The notes under the pieces: model-generated
The model's input: only the letters and a program-made list of their open reading frames with translations
What the model was told of the DNA's origin: nothing
Databases searched by the model: none
Shown here: in pieces, positions 45,715 to 53,568 of the stretch
How the letters are laid out: every line of letters begins with the position of its first letter
Numbering within the stretch: the stretch's first letter is position 1
Made by a program: the position numbers and the translations under genes
Assembly: GCA_020847695.1 (NCBI GenBank)
Contig: JADLBP010000205.1
Span: forward strand, 22,530-86,529
DNA from: Planctomycetota bacterium
Lineage (GTDB): Bacteria; Planctomycetota; UBA1135; GCA-002686595
DNA length: 64,000 nt
Direction: 5' to 3'

Positions 45715-46598
45715 TCGTGGCCTCCGCGGTCTTGGGTCTTCGTCTCGGCGGCGTGCACCGCGGCGCCGTCGTGCTCGCTCGGCGCCTTGGCCGCGCCGGA
45801 AGCGACCTGCGCCTCGGCTTGGAGACGGAACGAATCGGCGATCGTGAACGTCGCGCGCGCTTCGAGGTCGTCGCGCCGCGTCGGCTCCCAACGATCCGCG
45901 ACCGCGAGCAGGCCGTAGAGCAAGCGACGCGCGCGCTCGAAGTCGCCGCGCTCGATCGCCTCGTGCGCCGCTTCGAGCGTCTCCTCGCCTTCCGGTCGCA
46001 CGTCGAGTTGCGCGGGGATCCGCGGGTACTCGACGGCCGCCGCGTGGGTCGAGGGGGAGTTCCGATGACCGTTCGGCGCGTCGGGCTCGCCGCCCTCGTC
46101 GATCGCGACCGATCCGCCCGTGCGGGTGCCGAGCGATTGCTGCAGCGTGCTCATCGACTTCCACGTCAGGCCGATCAACGCGAGGTTCGCGATCGCGAAC
46201 AGCGCGAGTGCGGCGACCAAGAGCGGCGAGCTCTTGAGGTCGAACTTGACGCGCGGCGCGGCTTGCGCGGCCGGCGCCGGGGCTTGCGTCGTCGCGGCCG
46301 CGGCGGTCTTGTCGGCGGCGGGCGCGTTCGCCGCGGGCGTCGCGGGAGACGCATCGCCGGCGACGATCGGCGCGGCGGCGGGCGGCGCGACCGTGGTGCC
46401 GGGCGCGGGCCCGAGCACGGCGCTCATCGCTTCTTCGTTGAGGTTGGTGAAGACCTGCGTCGGCGCGGCGGCGGGCGCGATCGTCGCGGAGTCGCCGACG
46501 GCGACCTTGGGCTCGCTCAGCTCGTCGAAGCTGAAGAGGTCTTCCTCTTCGTCGATCGTCGGCTTGTGCGGCGCGGAGCCTTCGTGCGGGTTCGTCAC
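45711..46598 (-). CDS. Hypothetical single-pass membrane protein (acidic N-terminus, Ala/Pro-rich linker, TM, TPR-like C-terminus)
   Basis: 'DEEEDLFSFDELSE', an Ala/Pro-rich tract, TM 'LLVAALALFAIANLALIGL', and C-terminal 'LEAAHEAIERGDFERARRLLYGLL'. High GC3. Confidence 0.5.
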   Translation of the reverse strand: MTNPHEGSAPHKPTIDEEEDLFSFDELSEPKVAVGDSATIAPAAAPTQVFTNLNEEAMSAVLGPAPGTTVAPPAAAPIVAGDASPATPAANAPAADKTAAAATTQAPAPAAQAAPRVKFDLKSSPLLVAALALFAIANLALIGLTWKSMSTLQQSLGTRTGGSVAIDEGGEPDAPNGHRNSPSTHAAAVEYPRIPAQLDVRPEGEETLEAAHEAIERGDFERARRLLYGLLAVADRWEPTRRDDLEARATFTIADSFRLQAEAQVASGAAKAPSEHDGAAVHAAETKTQDRGGHE

Positions 46599-46601
46599 GA
46601 C

Positions 46602-47591
46602 TCAGCTCCAGAGAGCCACTTGAAGGCTCTTCTTGACCGTCGGGCCCGCGAGCATCCGACCGACGCTCACGGCGAGCGCGGGCGAGAGGTTGTAGCTCGG
46701 CTCGTCTTCGCCGCGCAGACCGGCGAGCACTCGCGCGGACATCTCGGGCGTCAGGTAGTCGAGCTCGGAGAGATCGATCGCCTCTTCCTCGTCGAACTGC
46801 ACGCGATACGCGGCGAAGCGCAGCGTGACGCGCGTGCCGCGACCGAGCGCGGCTTCGATGCGCAGGTCCTCGGCGAGCGCCGCGACGCGGGCGAGCCCGC
46901 TGTGCGCGCCGTCGTGGACGTCGGCGAGGCTGCCGACGGCGATGCCGATCGGATCGAGCCCCGAGCCTTGATCGGTGACCGTGACGACGAGCTCGCGCCC
47001 GTCGAGCTCCGCGCGCAGGTCGTACGAGCCCTCGCGCTTCGGGTAGGCGTGACGGAGGACGTTGTCGACGAGTTCGTGCGTCGCGCCGGCGATGCGAGCG
47101 CGCGTCGACGGCCCGAACGACCAGCGCACGAGCTGGGCGAGCAGCTCGCGCATCCCCGCGTCGAGGCCGTCCGCGTTCGCTCCGTAGCGGCGCGTGAACA
47201 CCGCGGCGGACTCGCGCGACGGCAGCGCGGCCTTCGGCGCGGCGCGTTCGACCGAAGCGACGACTTCGTCGAGGCCGCAGGGCTTGGACAGCACGTCGCG
47301 CAAGCCGACGTGCAGCGCAGCGCGGCAATCGTCGAAGCTCGGCGAGTCGGCGAGCAGCACCAACGCGGCGCGCGAGCCGCGGCGCTGGAGCTCGAGCGCG
47401 AGCTCGAGGCCCGGACGGTCGGCGAGCGCCGCGTCGATCACGATCACGTCGTGACCCGCGACCTGGAGCGCGTCGGCGCCGCTCGAGACCGTGGTCACTT
47501 GGTGACCGCGACGGCGCAACGCGGCGCCGACGGCGAGACCGATCGCGGGTTCGGCGAGCGCGAGCAGGACGCGCAACGTGACGGCGCTCAT
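46602..47591 (-). CDS. Receiver domain fused to an RsbW/SpoIIAB-type (anti-sigma Ser kinase-like) GHKL ATPase domain
   Basis: REC-like N-terminus ('VIVID', 'LSKP'). 'THELVDNVLRHAY', 'VTVTDQGSGLD' and 'GTRVTLRF' form a GHKL ATPase without a DHp/H-box. ATGA overlap with the upstream gene. Confidence 0.65.
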   Translation of the reverse strand: MSAVTLRVLLALAEPAIGLAVGAALRRRGHQVTTVSSGADALQVAGHDVIVIDAALADRPGLELALELQRRGSRAALVLLADSPSFDDCRAALHVGLRDVLSKPCGLDEVVASVERAAPKAALPSRESAAVFTRRYGANADGLDAGMRELLAQLVRWSFGPSTRARIAGATHELVDNVLRHAYPKREGSYDLRAELDGRELVVTVTDQGSGLDPIGIAVGSLADVHDGAHSGLARVAALAEDLRIEAALGRGTRVTLRFAAYRVQFDEEEAIDLSELDYLTPEMSARVLAGLRGEDEPSYNLSPALAVSVGRMLAGPTVKKSLQVALWS

Positions 47592-48286
47592 GCAGCCCTC
47601 CCTCGGGCCTGGCAAGCGATGCGGATGCGGACGCAGACCGAGTCGGTCGATGCGACCTCGAATGTTCCTTGCATGCGCAGGACCTCGCGTCGCGCGAGCT
47701 CGAAGCCGAGGCCGAGGCTCGCGTCGTTGTGCGAGCGCGGCGAACGCAGCGCGGCGAGGCGCGAACGGTCGCCGCCGCTGATCACGGAGAACGCCGCCGA
47801 ACCCGCTTCGACGCGCGCTTCGAGCAGCACGTCCTCGGCAGAGCCTTCCAGCGCGACGCGGACGACGTGGGCGAGCGCGGTCGACAGCAGCGCGCCGTCG
47901 ACCAGCAATTGCGGCGCAGCCGCCGGACGCGCGAGCGTGACGCGGACCGCGTCGTGTCGCGCGAGCTTGGCGACCGTGCTCTGCAGGATCTCCTCGAGCG
48001 AGCACTCGAGCGGCATCAACGGACGCGGCGCGGCGTACGCGGCGAGCGCTTCGACGTCGCGCGAGAGCCGCAGCACCTCGGCGAGCGCGCCCGAGAGCGT
48101 CTCGCGGCGCGGATCGTCGGCGCCGAGGTTCTTGGCCAGCGACTCCATCGACGCGCGCAACGCCGCGAGCGGCGTCTTGAAGATGCGCGTGACGGCGAGC
48201 CCGAGCTCCGCCGCTTGCGGAGTCGCTCGTGCCGCGACGGACGAACTTTCGTTCTCGTGCGCGCGTTCGTTCGGGGTGTCGACCAT
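47588..48286 (-). CDS. Histidine-kinase-like protein lacking the phospho-acceptor His (pseudo-HK)
   Basis: The H-box position reads 'AVTRIFKTPLAAL' (Arg in place of His). The N-box region 'LAHVVRVALEGS' lacks Asn. G2-like 'SLGLGFELARREV' is retained. ATG at 48286, 232 aa. Confidence 0.6.
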   Translation of the reverse strand: MVDTPNERAHENESSSVAARATPQAAELGLAVTRIFKTPLAALRASMESLAKNLGADDPRRETLSGALAEVLRLSRDVEALAAYAAPRPLMPLECSLEEILQSTVAKLARHDAVRVTLARPAAAPQLLVDGALLSTALAHVVRVALEGSAEDVLLEARVEAGSAAFSVISGGDRSRLAALRSPRSHNDASLGLGFELARREVLRMQGTFEVASTDSVCVRIRIACQARGRAA

Positions 48287-48312
48287 TCGTTCCGGCGGAC
48301 GGGGGTTCTGGG

Positions 48313-48327
48313 GCAAACCCGTTGCCA
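48313..48327 (-). promoter_or_regulatory. Sigma54-type promoter at the head of the minus-strand flagellar super-operon
   Basis: The minus strand reads TGGCAA-CGGGT-TTGC, with the exact GG-N10-GC spacing of TGGCAC-N5-TTGC. It lies 27 nt upstream of the ATG at 48286, inside a 176-bp intergenic gap. Confidence 0.5.
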
Positions 48328-48462
48328 GGCGCGTGGATCGGCCGGGCGCGGGAATCGCTTGATCGGACGGGACTTCACGGGGGAAGAAACTTCCCAAGTC
48401 CGACTCTCGTTCCGACGTCAGGGCAAAGCGTTCCACTCTCGTCCTCGCGGCTGCGTCGGCGC

Positions 48463-49761
48463 TCAAGCGCCGAGCGAGAGGGCCTGGAGCTTGTTGTAGA
48501 GCGTCGCTCGGTTGATCCCGAGCAGCTCCGCCGCGCGGCTCTTGTTGCCGCCGACCTCGGCGAGCACGCGGCGGATCAACGCTTCCTCGAGCGCGCGCAG
48601 CGAACGATCGCCGAGCGGCAGGAACTCGCCCGCGGGCGCCGCGTCGCTCGCGGTGCGCAGCGCGAGGTCGGGCACGTCGACGAGCTCGTTGCGCGCGAAC
48701 AGCACCGCGCGTTCGACGACGTTCTCGAGCTCGAGCAAGTTGCCCGGCCAACGATGCGTCGCGAGCGCGTCGAGCGCGGCGGGCGTGAACGCGCGCACCG
48801 GCCGGCCGCACGCCGCGGCCTTGCGGCGCAGGACGTCCTGCGCGAGCTCGAGCACGTCCTCGCCGCGCTCGCGCAACGCGGGGACGGGCAGGCTGAGCAC
48901 GTTCAGGCGGTAGAAGAGGTCCTCGCGGAACGCGCCGCGGCCGACTTGCTCCTCGAGTCTGCCGCCGGTCGCCGCGATCACGCGCACGTCGGCGCGGAGC
49001 TCGTCCGTCGCGCCGTTTTGGCGATACGTGCGGTCCTGCAGCAGCCGCAGCAACCGCGCCTGCACCGCGAGCGGCAGGTGATCGACGTCGTCGAGGTAGA
49101 GCGTGCCGCCTTCGGCCGCCGCGAGCAGGCCCGCGCGGGCCCCGAAGAGCGTCTCTTCGAGCGCGGCGGGGTCCGCGGCGGCGACGCGGCAGACGACGAA
49201 CGGAGCAGAGGCTCGCGCCGAGCGTATATGGATCGCGCGCGCGACCCGTTCCTTCTCGACGCCGGTCTCGCCGCGCAGCAGCACCGTGGTGCGCGGCGTG
49301 CGCGCGACGCGTTCGACTTGTTCCAGCACGCGACGCAGCGCGGGCGAGCGACCGATCAGCGCGGTGCCGGCAACGTTTTCTAGCTCGTGGGCGAGCCGCG
49401 CACGCTCGCGCTCGAGGCGGAGCACGCGTTCGGCGCGCTCGGCAGCCGCGAGCACGCGCTCGCGCGAGCAAGGCGTCTCGAGGACGTCGCACGCGCCGCG
49501 TCCGAGCGCCGCGAGCGCGCGTTCGAGCTCCCCGGCGCCGGCGAGCACGACGGTGGCGGTCCCGGTCGCGAGCGCGACGTCCGCGAGCTCGACCGCGGCG
49601 AGCACGAGCTCGGCCCCGTCCTCGGCGAGGCCGCGACGGAGCTCGTTCGCATCGGCGACCGCGCGCACCGAGTGCCCGGGGCGGGCTGCGTCCGCCAGCG
49701 CGCCGAGCAGCCCCTCGCGCACGACGGGGTCGCCGTCGGCGATCAGCACGCGGAAGGTCAT
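48463..49761 (-). CDS. FleQ/FlrA-like NtrC-family regulator with degenerate receiver and degenerate AAA+ domain (no GAFTGA)
   Basis: The pseudo-receiver has 'LVLAAVEL' at the phospho-Asp position. The P-loop is 'GETGVEKE'. 'LFGARAGLLAAAEGGTLYLDD' lacks the GAFTGA loop. 'VRVIAATGG' is retained, as is the Fis HTH 'GGNKSRAAELLGINRATL'. ATG at 49761. Confidence 0.8.
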   Translation of the reverse strand: MTFRVLIADGDPVVREGLLGALADAARPGHSVRAVADANELRRGLAEDGAELVLAAVELADVALATGTATVVLAGAGELERALAALGRGACDVLETPCSRERVLAAAERAERVLRLERERARLAHELENVAGTALIGRSPALRRVLEQVERVARTPRTTVLLRGETGVEKERVARAIHIRSARASAPFVVCRVAAADPAALEETLFGARAGLLAAAEGGTLYLDDVDHLPLAVQARLLRLLQDRTYRQNGATDELRADVRVIAATGGRLEEQVGRGAFREDLFYRLNVLSLPVPALRERGEDVLELAQDVLRRKAAACGRPVRAFTPAALDALATHRWPGNLLELENVVERAVLFARNELVDVPDLALRTASDAAPAGEFLPLGDRSLRALEEALIRRVLAEVGGNKSRAAELLGINRATLYNKLQALSLGA

Positions 49762-49907
49762 GGCCGACTTGTCGACGCGATCGCGCGGAACCCGAAGTTC
49801 TTGCCGACTCGGCCCGGAAGCGCGGACCGCGCCGCGGAAAAAGAGTCCGGAAGACGCCCCGGACGGCCCCGCCGACGCGCTCTCGCCCCGAAAAGCGCGC
49901 GCTTCCC

Positions 49908-49934
49908 TCAAGCGCCCCCGGGGTGCTCCGAGAA
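49908..49934 (+). promoter_or_regulatory. Sigma28-like promoter candidate upstream of the first flagellin gene
   Basis: TCAA-N15-TCCGAGAA (6/8 in the -10 element), 87 nt upstream of the ATG. It shares the 'TCAAGC' -35 context with the motA candidate. Confidence 0.3.
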
Positions 49935-50020
49935 CCCGGCGTGCTCGAGCGAGCCGCAAGGCAAGCCAAGAGCACGTTCAGCTCAGCGACCCCTCAGAAC
50001 CCACCACCCAGGAGCCATCC

Positions 50021-50842
50021 ATGGGACTTCGCGTAAACACGAACATCGCCTCGCTGACCGCCCAGCGCAACCTGGGCCAAGTCAGCACCCGACTGCAGGG
50101 CAACTTCAGTCGACTGTCCTCCGGCCTGCGCATCGCTCGCGCGGCGGACGACGCCGCCGGCCTCGGCATCTCGGAGCGCATGCGCGCTCAGATCCGCTCC
50201 TACACGAGCGCGGAACGCAACGCGCAGGACGGCATCAGTCTCGTTCAGACCGCCGAAGGCGCGCTCAACGAGGTCAACAACATCCTCAGCCGGATGCGCG
50301 AGCTCGCGATCCAAGCCGCCAACGGCACGCTGTCGACGACCGACCGCACGACGATCGACACCGAGTTCCAAGAGCTCTCGAGCGAGATCAGCCGCATCGC
50401 GTCGACCGCCTCGTTCAACGGCGTGACCTTGCTCGACGGCGGAACGACGTCGCTCGACATCCAAGCCGGCATCAACTCGGGCGAGATCATCACGATCACG
50501 CTGCAGGACACGACGACCACGAGCCTCGGGATCAACGGTCTCGACGTCACGTCGGCGACCAACGCGGTCGCGACGCTCTCGACGCTCGACACCGCGATCG
50601 ACTCGGTCGTCTCGGCGCGCGGCGGGCTCGGCTCGGCGCAGAACCGCCTGCTGTCCTCGATCGCGAGCATCACCAACACACGCGAGAACCTGTCTGCCGC
50701 CGAGAGCCGCATCCGCGACGTGGACGTCGCGACGGAGACGGCGGACCTGACGCGGAACTCGATCCTGCAGCAAGCCGCAGTCGCGGTGCTCGGCCAAGCC
50801 AACGTGCAGCCGCAGCTCGCTCTGCAGCTCCTGCAGGGATGA
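50021..50842 (+). CDS. fliC: Flagellin (short, D0/D1-only type), copy 1
   Basis: '[18 protein letters not shown]', '[17 protein letters not shown]' and C-terminal '[47 protein letters not shown]'. 273 aa. Confidence 0.95.
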   Translation: MGLRVNTNIASLTAQRNLGQVSTRLQGNFSRLSSGLRIARAADDAAGLGISERMRAQIRSYTSAERNAQDGISLVQTAEGALNEVNNILSRMRELAIQAANGTLSTTDRTTIDTEFQELSSEISRIASTASFNGVTLLDGGTTSLDIQAGINSGEIITITLQDTTTTSLGINGLDVTSATNAVATLSTLDTAIDSVVSARGGLGSAQNRLLSSIASITNTRENLSAAESRIRDVDVATETADLTRNSILQQAAVAVLGQANVQPQLALQLLQG

Positions 50843-50880
50843 CAACTGGAGAAAACGGCTCCTGAAGCCGGTCGCTGAAC

Positions 50881-50907
50881 GGGGGGACCGTCAAGGGACG
50901 GCCCCCC
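50881..50907 (+). terminator. Hairpin downstream of flagellin copy 1
   Basis: GGGGGG(A)CCG-tcaaggga-CGGCCCCCC forms a 9-bp GC stem with one bulge, 39 nt after the stop. No U-tract. Confidence 0.4.
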
Positions 50908-51249
50908 ACTAGACCGCTCGGAGCCAGGAGCGCCTCGCGCTCTCGATCTTTCTAAACCCGCTTCGCCCTTCGAACGTCAACCGGACGACGTGCCCACTCG
51001 TCCGCGCACGCACGCTCGATCGGGCGATCCCGCCGCGCCTTCGCGTGGTCTCGCATCTCGTGCCAACGATGCGTGACCGACTCCGCGAGCGCGGCGGTCT
51101 CGACGAACGTCCGGACTCGTCCGCGCGTCCGCTCGCGTGATCCCAGCGACTTCTCTTCCGCCAGGGTTACGTGACGAGCGCGCAACGCGGGACCGGATGG
51201 ACTCTGTCACTTTCCCTTTCCCTTCGAATCCAACCAAGGAACGCAAGTC

Positions 51250-52071
51250 ATGGGACTTCGAGTAAACACCAACATCGCCGCGTTGACGGCCCAACGGAAC
51301 TTGGGTGCCGTCTCCTCCCGCTTGTCGGGCAACTACGCCCGACTGTCTTCCGGTCTGCGCATCGCGACCGCGGCTGACGACGCCGCGGGACTCGGCATTT
51401 CCGAGCGCATGCGTGCACAGATCCGTTCGTTCGGCGCCGCCGGACGGAACGCGCAAGACGGAGTGTCGCTGGCGCAAACCGCGGAAGGCTCCCTCCAAGA
51501 GGTGAGCAACATCCTCACCCGCATGCGCGAGCTGGCCGTGCAAGCCGCCAACGGCACGCTGACCAGCACCGACCGGACCACGCTGGACACCGAGTTCCAA
51601 GCGCTGATCCAGGAAGTCGACCGCATCGCGACGACCGCGTCGTTCAACGGCGTGAGCCTGCTCGACGGAGCATCGACCGGTCTGTCGATCCAAGTCGGCG
51701 TCAACGCGAGCGAGACGATCACGATCGCGCTCTCCGACGCTACGGCCTCGACGCTCGGCATCGGGACGATCGACGTCACCAGCGTCACCAACTCGAACAC
51801 CGCGTTGACGACCATCGACGCGGCGATCGACAGCGTCACCACGGCGCGCGGCAACCTGGGCGCAGCCCAGAACCGCATGACGTCGGCGATCGCGAGCATC
51901 ACCAACACGCGCGAGAACCTCTCGGCCGCCGAGAGTCGGATTCGCGACGTCGACGTGGCGCTCGAGACCGCGGACTTGACCAGGAACTCGATCCTGCAAC
52001 AGGCCGCCGTCTCGGTCCTCTCGCAAGCGAACACGCAGCCTCAGCTTGCGCTGACTCTGCTGCAAGGTTGA
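51250..52071 (+). CDS. fliC: Flagellin, copy 2
   Basis: '[48 protein letters not shown]' and C-terminal '[31 protein letters not shown]'. 273 aa. Confidence 0.95.
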   Translation: MGLRVNTNIAALTAQRNLGAVSSRLSGNYARLSSGLRIATAADDAAGLGISERMRAQIRSFGAAGRNAQDGVSLAQTAEGSLQEVSNILTRMRELAVQAANGTLTSTDRTTLDTEFQALIQEVDRIATTASFNGVSLLDGASTGLSIQVGVNASETITIALSDATASTLGIGTIDVTSVTNSNTALTTIDAAIDSVTTARGNLGAAQNRMTSAIASITNTRENLSAAESRIRDVDVALETADLTRNSILQQAAVSVLSQANTQPQLALTLLQG

Positions 52072-52509
52072 GCGCGCGCGGCGCCGAGGTGCGCCGTCCG
52101 CGTAGCGCGAGCGCCGAACACGCGCGCACGCTCCGCGAGACGACCGCTCCCTCGAACGCCCGCAAAGCGACCGCTCTTTGACACCACCGATCACCGCTCC
52201 GACGTGGAGGGCACGCGTGCCCGTGAACTCCGCCTACGTCGGAAGCAGTGAACACCATGCGGGTTCGTTCGTGCTTCACGTGCCGTGTCGCACGGCCTCG
52301 CTCGCATGGAGCCACGGGCAAGCACTCCGCGAGTCGCTCACGGAGAGCGACGTCCTCTTCGTGGAGGCGATCCGTGGCGAAGGACCAACCGGCAGCACGG
52401 TGTCCGGGCGACGGGAGACCGTCGACCAGGCATCCCGGTCCGAACCGGGCCGTCGGCGTCCTTTCTGGCTCTCTTACTACTTCCGTTTCCAAACCAAGGA
52501 ACTTCAACC

Positions 52510-53328
52510 ATGGGACTTCGTGTAAACACGAACGTCGCCGCGATGACCGCCCAACGCAACTTGGGCGCAGTCACCGGGCGACTGCAAGGCAACTTCGCTC
52601 GTCTGTCCTCCGGCCTTCGCATCGCGACGGCCGCGGACGACGCCGCAGGCCTCGGCATCTCCGAGCGCATGCGGGCGCAGATCCGCTCCTTCACGGTCGC
52701 GGGTCGCAACGCGCAAGACGGCGTCTCGCTCGCGCAGACCGCTGAAGGCGCGCTGCAAGAGACGGGCAACATCCTCACGCGTATGCGTGAACTCTCGGTG
52801 CAAGCGGCCAACGGGACGCTCACCTCGACCGACCGCGCGACTCTGGACACCGAGTTCCAGGCGCTCGTTTCGGAAATCGACCGCATCTCCAGCCAGACGA
52901 CCTTCAACGGCGTCGCGCTGCTCGATGGGTCGTCGACCGGTCTGTCGATCCAGGTCGGTGTCAACGCGTCGGAGACGATCAACGTCGCTCTGCAGGACTC
53001 GAGCGCGAGCACGCTCTCGATCAGCACGCTCGACGTGACGAACGTCACCAACGCGAACTCGGCGATCTCCGCGATCGACGCCGCGATCGACACCGTGTCT
53101 CAGTTCCGTGGTGACCTCGGTGCGGCGCAGAACCGCCTCACCAGCACCATCGCGAGCATCACCAACACGCGCGAAAACCTCTCGGCCGCCGAGAGCCGGA
53201 TCCGCGACGTCGACGTGGCGCTCGAGACGAGCGACCTGACCCGCAACTCGATCCTGCAGCAAGCTGCGGTGTCGGTGTTGTCTCAGGCCAACGTGCAGCC
53301 TCAGCTCGCGTTGTCGCTCCTGGGTTGA
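52510..53328 (+). CDS. fliC: Flagellin, copy 3
   Basis: ATG at 52510 inside track ORF 52285-53328. '[48 protein letters not shown]'. 272 aa. Confidence 0.95.
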   Translation: MGLRVNTNVAAMTAQRNLGAVTGRLQGNFARLSSGLRIATAADDAAGLGISERMRAQIRSFTVAGRNAQDGVSLAQTAEGALQETGNILTRMRELSVQAANGTLTSTDRATLDTEFQALVSEIDRISSQTTFNGVALLDGSSTGLSIQVGVNASETINVALQDSSASTLSISTLDVTNVTNANSAISAIDAAIDTVSQFRGDLGAAQNRLTSTIASITNTRENLSAAESRIRDVDVALETSDLTRNSILQQAAVSVLSQANVQPQLALSLLG

Positions 53329-53339
53329 TGCACTCGATC

Positions 53340-53361
53340 GGGGCGGGCGACCGCTCGCCCC
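53340..53361 (+). terminator. Hairpin downstream of flagellin copy 3
   Basis: GGGGCGGGC-gacc-GCTCGCCCC forms a stem of about 9 bp (one G-U pair) with a tetraloop, 12 nt after the stop. No U-tract. Confidence 0.4.
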
Positions 53362-53568
53362 GCTAGAGTGAGTCGGTGCCGAGAGCACCGGCTCACCCCG
53401 AGACTGGGTCGGGTTCCGAATCTGGCAGGCCATCGCGCACGGCGCGCGTTCCTGCCTGGCGCGAGAAACCGGCCAGCCCGGAGCCAATCGGCCCACTCGG
53501 GGCGCAAAGAAGAGAGTCCCGCTCGCTGTGCATCGCACAACGAGCGGGATCCTTCTGTTTTCAGGCGC

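Noticed and set aside
48423-48435. Second sigma54-like motif TGGAAC-GCT-TTGC on the minus strand upstream of the first
   Set aside because: The GG-to-GC spacing is two nucleotides too short for a sigma54 promoter.
50952-51185. 77-aa basic minus-strand ORF between fliC1 and fliC2
   Set aside because: Its third-position GC is noticeably lower than in confirmed genes. It is Arg-rich with no motif or ribosome-binding site, and it lies in the probable fliC2 promoter/leader region.
51225-51249. Conserved 'ACCAAGGA(A/C)' 10-20 nt upstream of the flagellin ATGs as possible CsrA binding sites
   Set aside because: The motif is fully explained as the Shine-Dalgarno region. No csrA or fliW is present in the window and no second GGA hairpin is evident.
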